Shown: piece after piece, positions 49,070-60,136 of the stretch
Numbering within the stretch: the first letter of the stretch is position 1
Layout: every line of letters begins with the position of its first letter
Assembly (NCBI GenBank): GCA_964016885.1
Contig: OZ024742.1
Span: 151,900,001 to 151,964,000 of the forward strand
Source of the DNA: Eledone cirrhosa
Taxonomy: Eukaryota
Length of the DNA: 64,000 nucleotides
Direction of reading: 5' to 3'
Translations under genes and position numbers: made by a program
The notes under the pieces: model-generated
The model's database searches: none
Seen by the model: only the letters and a program-made list of their open reading frames with translations
Told to the model about the DNA's origin: nothing

Positions 49070-51512
49070 TATATATGAGGAAGATCCCGGCTCTAAGGAG
49101 CCTGCATGTCCCGAAGAAGTCGGTTCTGAGGTTTATCAGGCCGCTTCCACCTCTTAGTATCTCGAGGGTCTCGTTCAGGCATAGTTTGCATATGCAAGAT
49201 CCCCCTTTATCGGGTGGTACTTTCCTGATTATGTACTAGGCCAGAGAATACGGGGTCCTGTCCAGCTTAAGCTTCCAGATCAGGTCGGAGAGAGCCGTGC
49301 TTTTCCTTTTGGCCTCCTTATTGAATGAATGGCGATGGTTGTACCAGCGGTCTTTAAAGCTCGTTGATGTGGCTCCTATGTAGAGGTGTTCGGAGTTGGG
49401 GGTTTTAACCCTACAACCGTATACTGGGTTCTTCTTGAGGCATTCATTACCAAGGGGTCATGATTCGGGTTTCTGCAGTTGCAGAGGGTGGTCGACCTCT
49501 GCGTGCCTATATTAGGTTCCCGTTATGTGTTACATGTTGGTCTTCCCCCAGGCACGGTGAGGGTCCCCGGGTCTGTTTGGGTTTCTTGGGTGGGCTCTAG
49601 GTCCCCCCTTCCCTCCTTTCACATGGTTCTGCTGAGTGCTTGTATTGCCATCTTCTGGTTGTGTGTGGTTTTTAAGCCTACTCCTGTTGATGCTAGCTAT
49701 GTGTTGGGCCAGATTTCTCGTGGTGGAATACGAGAGCTTCACAGTGTATCTGTTGAAGATCCTGTGGTATCTGTGGTCCCTCGGGAAGCATTTATCAAGT
49801 GCTCCAAAGAATGATCGGGCCAAGCTGTTCTTTAGGGCCGCTGAGTAGAGTAGGTTGTACCACTTTTCGGTGTCTCCTCCTATATGTGTGGGGCGTCATC
49901 CTTTGTTGGAGATTTGTTGGGTTGCTGGTGGTTCCCGCACTGTTTCTTCCCCTTTGGGCGCTATGCTTTTTGTTATCTTCACGGCCTGAATCTGTTGGGT
50001 GGTCGTTGCCCGTGCTGGGAGATCTATCGTGGGGTGGTCCCCCCCCCCTACGTGTGTCCTGCGGTTGGGGTCGTCGGCTCTGGGGTGGTTAGCGTCACCC
50101 CAGAGACTGCTACTCATATTGTGTTTCATCTCGTGGTTAAGCGTACTAGTCACCACCGCCCGTGTGGTGGTGTCTGGCACATGGTGCCTATTTGTTTCTG
50201 CTCTGCCTGTATTGTTAGGGTTCGCCCCCACCGGGCAACGCAGGTGTGGGTGTCTGTTGGGCTATCCCTAACCCGGCGTTTCGGACTATATGTTATATTT
50301 TGACCATGTGCCGCCTTCTTTAGAACTGCGTTGTAATATTCCGCGTGGTTATTGAATATTTCCTTACTTGCGGACAGACTGGAGATCCTGTCCGAGACAC
50401 TCTTCACCACTGCCTTGGTTATGAATCTAGGGTGGTTTGATTTGGCGTTAACATATACGAGTTTCTCGTTGGGCTTGTAGTAGGGGTAGTATTGTTCGTT
50501 GTTCAGGTTTAGGGTGGTGTCTAGGAAGTTAACTACCTTCCTATTTGGGTCTATTTCTATACTGAGCCCCTGGTTCTTAAAGAAATGGCTAACACGCCTC
50601 CTCATTCCCTCCAACATATTGGTGCTGTGGTCATATATTGTGAATAGAGCATTGTCACGATATAATCCGCCGCCCAGGCAGGGGATTTCATCTTTTATCT
50701 GCTTCAGCAGGTAGAGCCCAACCAGGTCCGTTACCTGTGCTGAGTCGCTGGAGCCCATCGTGATGTCAAAGTTATTTGGCCAATCACTCCTGGTCCAAAG
50801 GTCTCCATCGAAACGGATTAAGGTCTTTCTTGCGGCATGGATGATGCTCACCTCCTCTCGGGTTAGGTCCGTATTGGACATCGCTAAAAATAGGGCCTTA
50901 TTAAGTACTATGGGTGAGATTGAGGAGTAGTAGTTTGCGATGTCCAGTTGTATAAAGCTGGTCCTACTTTTCTCATGCAGTATCGTAAACCATTCTATTA
51001 TTTCTCCCGTGCATGACCATTGCTGTAATTTAGTTTTCTTCCAAAGCTTGGGCAAAATCCAAAGCTTGGGCAAAATCCTATCCAGTATTCTTTTACTGAC
51101 GATCCCTAGGTCAGATCTGGAGGGGGATATTAGTCTGACAGGAAGGTCGGACTCAAAGTTTGGATTGTGATCGTTAAGGGTAATCCGCGGCTCCCTTGGT
51201 TGGTATGGGGCCGTCCTGTCCTCAATGCCGATTCTAGATATAATCCTGTAAGCTGTGGCATTGATCTCATCCAAGGTAAATCCAGGTGTTTTTTTGTAGC
51301 ACTTCCTCAGTTCCCTGAGGATTAGCTTATTGTACAGTTCAGTGTTCATGTTGTAGAGGTTGTTTTTTTGTCAGCATGGACAAGTATTCCAGTTGTCTCT
51401 TTAAGTACTGTAATCCGGTTTCTCAGGTGTCTAGGGTACTCCTGACATCTGGTTGGGTTTCCGGAGAATTTGAGGCCGGATATGATGTTAATCATCTCGT
51501 TTTCAAACTCCT
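49070..51512 (-). mobile_element. 5'-truncated Penelope-like element (RT plus C-terminal GIY-YIG), probably Hydra-type, pseudogenised
   Basis: RT: QLDIANYYSSIS, FDITMGSSDSAQVTDLVGLYLL, GLYRDN (YRDD mutated), VNFLDTTLNL, SNHP. Linker: DKCFP..IFNRYTVKLSYS. Endonuclease: CNCR..PVYGC..LYIGATSTSFKDRWYNH..CKLCLNE. Confidence 0.93.
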
Positions 51513-52465
51513 ACATTAGTCTGTTTACGGAGGTAAAAACACTTATTAGCAAGAGATACCCGTTCCAAAGACCCTCATGTATAGATAAGAAATGTATAAC
51601 CTGTAAAATAAGCCCCCATATTAACTGTAAAACTAGAAATGTAGTGTATAGCATAAGATGTACAGAAGGACAATGTAGAAACAAAAATATAGTGTACATA
51701 GGTGAGACAGCTCGTAGTATAGGGGAACGAATAAATGAACACTGGCGAGACCTCCAAGATAATAAAGAATCATCTGTGCTCTACGAACATGCTAAGATAG
51801 AACACAGGGGTAGATTAGAGAACATAGAAATAAAAATAGAATCCACACACAGAAAAGACGCAATGTTTAGGCAAATTACAGAGGCAGTAAGCATAAAAGA
51901 ATTAAAACCAAAATTAAATAGAAAATATGAGTGGAACAGCAACATCACAACTTACAATTAAAGACAAAATGAAAACACACACAGGACAACATGAAAACAC
52001 ACACACACATAGAACAAACAACTTACAATTAAGGACAAAATGAAAACACACACAGGACAAAATGAAAACACACACACACATAGAACAAACAACCAACCAA
52101 CAATAAATAAATTAAATAAATAAACAAATAGATAAATGAACACAAACACACACAGACACCCGGATGTGGCGCATGCGCAAACTGAGCACACAACACACAC
52201 ACAGAAACAAAATGGCGTAGGATAGAAGAAAGGAAAGGCACAGAAACAAAGGAAAGGAATCCCCAGTCACTGAAGAGGTCACAGAGTGTGTGACGAAAGG
52301 ACTATGACTATATATAAACAACTATCTGGTTGTGGAACCAACCAACCAACCAGAAATTTATAAGTTTGTAAATTTGTAAATTTATAAATATATAATAAAT
52401 TGAAGTGAAAGCAACTGGTGCGTGTGTTTCTTATTGGCAACATGACCCTCCCAAAGTATAACAAT
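51513..52465 (+). mobile_element. 3' part of a second-type Penelope-like element (Nematis/Neptune-like GIY-YIG plus pseudo-LTR)
   Basis: CITC..CKTRNVVYSIRC..VYIGETARSIGERINEH..RQITEAVSI..LNRKYEW*; hammerhead at 52265-52309; terminus CCCAAAGTATAACAAT plus (AT)n. Confidence 0.92.
52265..52309 (+). ncRNA. Minimal type I hammerhead ribozyme
   Basis: AGTCA CTGAAGA G GTCACA-GAGTG-TGTGAC GAAA GGAC TA TGACT: 5-bp stem I, 6-bp stem II, minimal stem III. Confidence 0.8.
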
Positions 52466-52756
52466 ATATATGTATATATATATATATATATACATATGTA
52501 TATATATATACATATGTATATATATATATACATATGTATATATATATACATATGTATATATGTATATATATACATATGGATATATATATATATACATATG
52601 GATATATATATATATACATATGTATATATATATATATACATATGTATATATATATATATACATATGTATATATGTATATATATACATATGTATATATATA
52701 TCCATATGTATATATATATATATACATATGTATATATATATATATACATATGTCTA

Positions 52757-53080
52757 TCTAGGGCGGGTAAAATTCCCGAGATCCATGGACGAGTTCTCTC
52801 CAGCGGTCTCTGTCCCTCATTATCGCTGCCATGTCCTGCATCTCCAACAGACCAGTGTCTGTCCTTAGGGCATCAACATACGTTAACCTTGGTCTTCATC
52901 TTCCAGTGGGTCCATGCAGGGGCTCCCACAGGAGCACTGAGCGCAACGTCAACTGTGGATGTCCAGCTAACCTGAGTCTACTATGTGTCACTTTTGAGGT
53001 GACATTTGGGAGACTCCCATACAGCTCTGAGTTTTTCATCCTCAGTGTATACTGATTAATGTTCAGAGCCATGATCACCT
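52757..53080 (-). mobile_element. RTE-clade LINE 3' end fragment
   Basis: [47 protein letters not shown]; near-identical to 57298-57560. Confidence 0.88.
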
Positions 53081-53097
53081 TCTCGTGTAGCACCCAA

Positions 53098-53151
<54 letters not shown>

Positions 53152-53223
53152 ATACTTTGGGAGGGTCATGTTGCCAATAATGTTGCCAGATTCCTGATGA
53201 TTCATGTTGCCAATAATGTTGCC

Positions 53224-53274
53224 AGATTCCTGATGATTTCTAATGAATGAAACAGTTCTAGTCCTGTAGAATCT
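53224..53274 (+). ncRNA. Type I hammerhead ribozyme in a ~140-bp mini-element
   Basis: AGATTC CTGATGA T TTC-TAAT-GAA T GAAA CAG-TTCTAGTC-CTG TA GAATCT: all three stems pair; GUA cleavage triplet. Confidence 0.8.
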
Positions 53275-53289
53275 CATCTATATTAAAAC

Positions 53290-53385
53290 TATATATATAT
53301 ATATATATATAAATAATTGTATATGTCTGTATATTTGCATATATATATAAATATAATTATACATATATATAATATATATATATAT

Positions 53386-53417
<32 letters not shown>

Positions 53418-53819
53418 TAATTATATATACATATGTGTATATATAAATATATATACACATATGTATGTATGTATATATATGTACAAATATATATATATAT
53501 ATGTATATATATTTATATATATATATATATGTATATATATTTAAATATATATATACATATGTATATATATTTATATATATATATATATACATATGTATAT
53601 ATATGTATATATATATATACATATGTATATATATATACATATGTATATATATATTTATATATATATACATATGTATATATATATATTCATATATATATAT
53701 ACATATGTATATATATATATATTTACGTATATATATATTCATATGCATATATATATATTTACGTATATATATACACATATATATATATTTATGTATATAT
53801 AAATATATATATATTTATG

Positions 53820-53852
<33 letters not shown>

Positions 53853-53858
53853 ATTTAC

Positions 53859-53932
<74 letters not shown>

Positions 53933-54045
53933 GTATATATTTATATATATATACATATATATATACTTATGCATATATATATAGACATATGTATATATAT
54001 ATATATTTATATATATACATATATATATTTATTTATATACACATG

Positions 54046-54076
<31 letters not shown>

Positions 54077-54120
54077 GTATATATATATATATATTTACAT
54101 ATATACATATGCATATATAC

Positions 54121-54151
<31 letters not shown>

Positions 54152-54152
54152 C

Positions 54153-54229
<77 letters not shown>

Positions 54230-54329
54230 CATACATATGCACACACACATATATTTATATATATATTTTATACATCCATATGCACCCACACAGAGACAGA
54301 CACACATACACACACATACACACACACAC

Positions 54330-54420
<91 letters not shown>
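53290..54420. repeat. Interrupted (TA)n/(CA)n microsatellite
   Basis: Direct reading. Confidence 0.95.
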
Positions 54421-54421
<1 letters not shown>

Positions 54422-54479
54422 CGCGAGGCAATAATAAACATCTGCTTGAAACATACTAAATAACGTTGTCCAGACATTA

Positions 54480-55620
54480 TCAAAAGATGTCTGATGATTT
54501 GAAAAACGATGGAATTTATGAGAAATATTTCAAATGATACATTCAGGTGTTTGGCAGAAAGATACGCCAGGAGCTTCCAGACAACAACTCACTTCAATCT
54601 CTATTACGACAATGGAAACATACTTTTTGTATCTTTGCTCATTCGCCTCATGGGTCTAAATAACTATTAACTTAAACTATTAATAAGGATGTAAAATTTA
54701 GATCTAATAATTGAGCCTATAATTCATGTTTTAGCTTCTACATCATCTGACATAATTGATACTAAATAAATAAATCATAATCCATCGATTACTTTCTCAT
54801 TTGGTTGCCTCCACATATCGGGAATCATAAGAACCATCCGCAGTTTCCATTGTTAGTTCTATCGATTCTCTAATGCGAGCAAAGTTTTGGGTCTCACCAT
54901 TAGCATTAAAAAGATTGACTTTGTCCACCAGCCAAGACGCACTCATATGCAAATAACAAGATATAAAATAAAGAAAACTAGCTCATAAGTTCTCTACCGT
55001 TCACATTCTCCTCAATGGCAAATCCGTGAAATAGGTAGAGGCTTTCAAATATCTGGTGGTGGTGGAGCAGAGTGAAATATCTCTCTTGGTGATAAAATAA
55101 TCAAACTTATAAGGAAAGCAGCTACAAATGTTTTAGCCAAATTTCGCCAACGACAGTGAGATGAACAGGGAGTATCATTAGAAACAAACATTAATGTCAA
55201 CCAAGCTGTAGTCCTTTTCTTTGTCATGTGTGGATTGAAATCTTCAGTGCCTTATCGATCGAATATTAATCAGCCTGACGTTGTCCATAAGCGATGCCTT
55301 CAATCCATTTCTAGATATAGTTTGATGAGAAAATTTCGAATATTGATCTATTCTATAAATGTAAAATTGGTTACATTGAATCCTTTCTTTAGCAATTCCA
55401 CTGAAGATCGATTGGTCCTCTTGCCAGAATAAGTGACAATATAATTCTTAAAATACTCATGTACTGCCAAATCCACGGTGGAAGGGGGAGCGTAGATTAA
55501 GAGCAGAGTTACCCTGAAATAGACAAAGATTCCCTCAGAAACATTTGAAAAAAGATGCATCGAATCGCAATGAATGGAAATTAATATACAGCCATGAATA
55601 TATGAAATATGCCATCCAGA
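54480..55620 (+). pseudogene. Heavily decayed RTE (BovB-like) LINE reverse transcriptase region
   Basis: Remnants GLTISIKK..HQP (54890-54935), GVSLETNINVNQAVVL (55168-55216) and HKRCLQSI. Confidence 0.65.
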
Positions 55621-55829
55621 TCCAACAACAGGACAATAGGCTAGGATAGAAGCAAAATAGATTAGTTACTGGCCAGGGACGAATAACATGAGATAGTGTA
55701 ATCATTAAACAGAGAGACAAGGAGAAAACAGACACATACCTCAGACGAAATAGATGAAACCTAACAGTAAGGGAAAATTAATAAATTAAAACTATGGAAA
55801 ATGATGCTTAATCAAATCAAAGGTGAATT

Positions 55830-56030
55830 GTGTCCTTGAACAAGACACTTTATTTCACATTGCTCCTGTAATTCGAAAGGCCAGACTTGTCACATGTTGT
55901 GTCAATCTGAATCTCCCTGAGGTCTACGTTAAGGATACGCGTGTATGTAGAATACTCAGCCACTTGCATATTAATTTCACTAGCCGGTTGTTCCATTAAT
56001 CCTATCAACTGCAACACCCAACGGAGTGCC
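55830..56030 (+). mobile_element. SINE body and 3' part
   Basis: GTCCTTGAACAAGACACTTTATTTCAC..CTGAATCTCCCTGAG..CTCAGCCACTTGCA. Confidence 0.75.
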
Positions 56031-56039
56031 ATCATATAT

Positions 56040-56091
<52 letters not shown>

Positions 56092-56111
56092 ACACACACA
56101 CACATATATAC

Positions 56112-56149
<38 letters not shown>

Positions 56150-56152
<3 letters not shown>

Positions 56153-56379
56153 ACAGCTCACAAGAACAAGATGGTGACTAGGACAGAACAATGGAGAAAT
56201 ACAGAATACCAAATTAGTCACTGTGGATGTCACAAATGTGGAACGAACAAGCTTTGACAATAAACAAATAAACAAACATCCGGTTATTAAACTAACCAAC
56301 TAATATAATAAACTGAAGTGAAAATCAAGAAGCGCGAGTATTTTTATTGGCAGCATGACCCCACCAAAGTATATCAATA
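56150..56379 (+). mobile_element. Solo PLE pseudo-LTR remnant
   Basis: Degenerate hammerhead AGTCA CTGTGGA..GAAC..TGAC at 56216-56258; terminus TATTGGCAGCATGACCCCACCAAAGTATATCAAT. Confidence 0.7.
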
Positions 56380-56418
56380 CATATATGTATACATATATAT
56401 ATATGTATGTATATATAT

Positions 56419-57177
56419 ATAAACGGAAAAAATGAAACGAAATTTCATTTCCCACTCTTAGTACGGCTGTTACTTAAATATAAGTATGTACACGTACATA
56501 CATATATGTATACCGACGTACAGTAGTATGTATATATATATACATACATGCACACATATATATATGTACGTATGGATTCACCGAACATTTATTATAATGC
56601 TCGGTGTGTTTGTAAACAAACATCCCGTATTAAGCCGCAGTGTCCAGCAACCATCGTTGTTCGTTTGTTCAACATTGACAAAGGAACGCTGTACTAGCTT
56701 CACGCTTATTAGCTATCGTCAGCAACGTATACCTTCCTACCAGATTGTTGAACGTATATACTAACCTTATGCATATTAACAGCTGAGAAGCCCAATTTGC
56801 ATATCGAGTGGGTTAATCGGCCGGGTGCACCGAAAACGATAAACGGAAAAAAATGAAACGAAATTTCATTTCCCACTCTTAGTACGGCTGTTACTTAAAT
56901 ATAAATATGTAGACGTACATACATATATGTATACAGACGTACAGTAGTATGTATATATATATACATACATGCACACATATATATATATGTACGTATGGAT
57001 TCACCGAACATTTATTATAATGCTCGGTGTGTTTGTAAACAAACATCCCGTATTAAGCCGCAGTGTCCAACAACCATCGTTGCTCGTTTGTTCAACACTG
57101 ACAAAGGAACGCTGTACTAGTTTTAAGCTTATTAGCTATCGTCAGCAACGTATGCCTTCCTGCCAGATGATTCAACG
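56419..57177. repeat. Tandem duplication of a ~420-bp unit (1.8 copies)
   Basis: AAACGGAAAAAATGAAACG starts at both 56421 and 56841; an inverted diverged relative lies at ~36795-37045. Confidence 0.9.
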
Positions 57178-57285
57178 ATGATTGCTAGACACTACGGCTT
57201 TGTATGTATATATGTATATATGTGTGTATGTGTATATATGCATATATATATGTATATATATGTGTGTGTATATATACATATATAT

Positions 57286-57560
57286 CTATCTATCTATCTA
57301 AGGCGGGTAAAATTCCCGAGATCCATGGACAAGTTCTCTCCAGCGCTCTCTGTCCCTCATTATCGCTGCCATATCCTGCATCTCCAACAGACAAGTGTCT
57401 GTCCTTAGGGCATCAACATATGTTAACCTTGGTCTTCCTCTTCTAGTGTGTCCATGTAGGGGCTCCCAAAGGAGCACTGAGTGCAATGTCAACTCTGGAT
57501 GTCGGTGAGCATGTCCAGCCAACCTCAGTCTCCTCTGTGTCACTTTTGAGCTGACTTTTG
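57286..57560 (-). mobile_element. RTE-clade LINE 3' end fragment with (TAGA)n tail
   Basis: [51 protein letters not shown]. Confidence 0.9.
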
Positions 57561-57564
57561 TATG

Positions 57565-57609
<45 letters not shown>

Positions 57610-57808
57610 GTATATATTTATGTATGTGTGTGTGTGTGTGTGTGTGTGTATAAATCAATATGTATATATATATATATATTAATCCTAAATGACCAGATCC
57701 TAAGATCAAACACAATTCATTCAACATTTAAAAACATAGTCTGCAAGTTGTTTTGATGAAATCACGTATATTATCCATACTATTGTTGCTGTTCATGCAA
57801 TGGAGGTG

Positions 57809-58239
<431 letters not shown>

Positions 58240-58242
<3 letters not shown>

Positions 58243-58270
58243 TTGAGCAGTTGAAGTATAAGGACGTGTT
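58240..58270 (+). promoter_or_regulatory. Putative internal Pol II promoter of the LINE (Inr-like CAGTT, DPE-like GGACGTG)
   Basis: The motif pair resembles the internal promoters of jockey/I-type LINEs, though the spacing is shorter than canonical. Confidence 0.4.
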
Positions 58271-58786
58271 TTTACTTCTCTCCCCGAGTAAGCAGCAAGT
58301 CACACAGCCACAAAACAAAACCACAAGACAAAACCAAACAAACAAAAATTGACCGGTTAATACATTTTCATACATCTATATTATTATTATATATTTGAAA
58401 ATTGACCGGTTAATACATTTTTCATACATCTATATTATTATTATTATATATTTGAAACCACGTGTTTTCGAACTTGTGAGTACATTTTCCTTTAACTACA
58501 AATTATTATTATATACTTTCGTCTTTTCATTAACTTAATTAATTTCAAATAACCAGAATATACATATATATATATATATATACTCATATATACGCTTCTC
58601 ACTCACACACAAGAAAAACAAAAAACAAAAATAAATCAAAAAATAAATTTAAAAAATATATATATATATTGAAATACTTAACTAAAACACACACACACGA
58701 ACTTGTGAGTACATTTTCCTTTAACTACAAATTATTATTATATACTTTCGTCTTTTCATTAACTTAATTAATTTCAAATAACCAGA

Positions 58787-58819
<33 letters not shown>

Positions 58820-58960
58820 CATATTTATATATATACGCTTCTCACTCACACACAAGAAAAACAAAAAACAAAAAACAAAAATAAATCAAAAATAAATTTT
58901 AAAAAAAAATATATATATATTGAAATACTTAACTAAAACACACACACACTCAAAACTAGA

Positions 58961-60136
58961 ATGGCTAACCAGCAAAAATCCAAACAGAACTGGTCTGATA
59001 ATGAAATCGACATTCTAATAAACACATGGCATTGCCTTTCCCAAACAGAAAATATAGATGCTTCATCTCTGAACGACATTGCTAAACGTACAGTTCAATT
59101 TTTGAAAACTCGATCTGAACAACAGATTCAAAATAAATTAAAGCAAATCGAAATTGCTTTTAAATTAATCAATAAACATTTGGATAAACTACGGTGTGTT
59201 TTCTCTTCGAATGCTGTCCAGCAGCAGCAACAACAACAACAGCAGCTACAACAGCAACAACAACAACAGCTACAAAAACAACATCAACAACAGCTACAAC
59301 AACAACATCAACAACAGCAACAACAACAACAACGACAACAACAGTGTGAACCACTCCTTGATTCATCAACAATGGCCGATCTACTAAATGAAACTATTGA
59401 CCCCCCAGTAGCCTCTGTCTCACAGCATGAAACGCCACATCCTTTCTCTGGCCCAGCAGTCCAATCATCACCACTGCCAACATCTCTGCCTACTACTACT
59501 ACTACTACTACAACATTTTTGTCTACTGCTATGTCAAGGAATTTACCTTCTAATACCAGAACAAGAACTCTCCCTCCCACAGTCCACAAAGGTCGTCAAA
59601 TCCTACCCAAACCATCATCTACACCTCTCACAACACCCACACCCACATACCCACCCACTCGAAACCCCATCATTTGCCGCTACTCTCTACGCTATAGAAT
59701 ATGTACGGATAGTGGCTGCAAATTCACCCATTTACCTAGGACAAAACGATCTATCCCCACAAACAGCCACCACCATAATACATACTCTAATTTAACACCA
59801 ACACAACCACCAATAACTCAAACAAGGAATCCACAAATCTGCCGTTTTTCCCTGCGAGACAGATTGTGTTTAGACCGGGATTGTCCCTTTACCCATCTCC
59901 CGGGGACCCGTCGGATAAATGAAAATAAAATTAAAAATAAAAGCAAAAACAAAAACCATAACCTACATAAAAATAACCACTACCACAGTCACCAACAGTC
60001 TTCTAAACAGGAAACTTCTTCCTCTTTTTTAGCCATAATGAATCTGGCAAAAGAACTGGAAAAAAACATTCGAGCTATCACCCAGCACCACCCTCCACTA
60101 TCACCCCACTGCACAAACTCCCATTGCTGCCATTAA
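58961..60136 (+). CDS. LINE ORF1: Myb/SANT-like N-terminus, polyQ, two CCCH zinc fingers
   Basis: NWSDNEIDILINTW..RSEQQIQNKLKQI; CRYSLRYRICTDSGCKFTH and CRFSLRDRLCLDRDCPFTH. Confidence 0.85.
   Translation: MANQQKSKQNWSDNEIDILINTWHCLSQTENIDASSLNDIAKRTVQFLKTRSEQQIQNKLKQIEIAFKLINKHLDKLRCVFSSNAVQQQQQQQQQLQQQQQQQLQKQHQQQLQQQHQQQQQQQQRQQQCEPLLDSSTMADLLNETIDPPVASVSQHETPHPFSGPAVQSSPLPTSLPTTTTTTTTFLSTAMSRNLPSNTRTRTLPPTVHKGRQILPKPSSTPLTTPTPTYPPTRNPIICRYSLRYRICTDSGCKFTHLPRTKRSIPTNSHHHNTYSNLTPTQPPITQTRNPQICRFSLRDRLCLDRDCPFTHLPGTRRINENKIKNKSKNKNHNLHKNNHYHSHQQSSKQETSSSFLAIMNLAKELEKNIRAITQHHPPLSPHCTNSHCCH

Noticed and set aside
51040-51078. ILPKLW repeat in PLE RT as a functional motif
   Set aside because: An exact 18-bp tandem duplication in a decayed copy.
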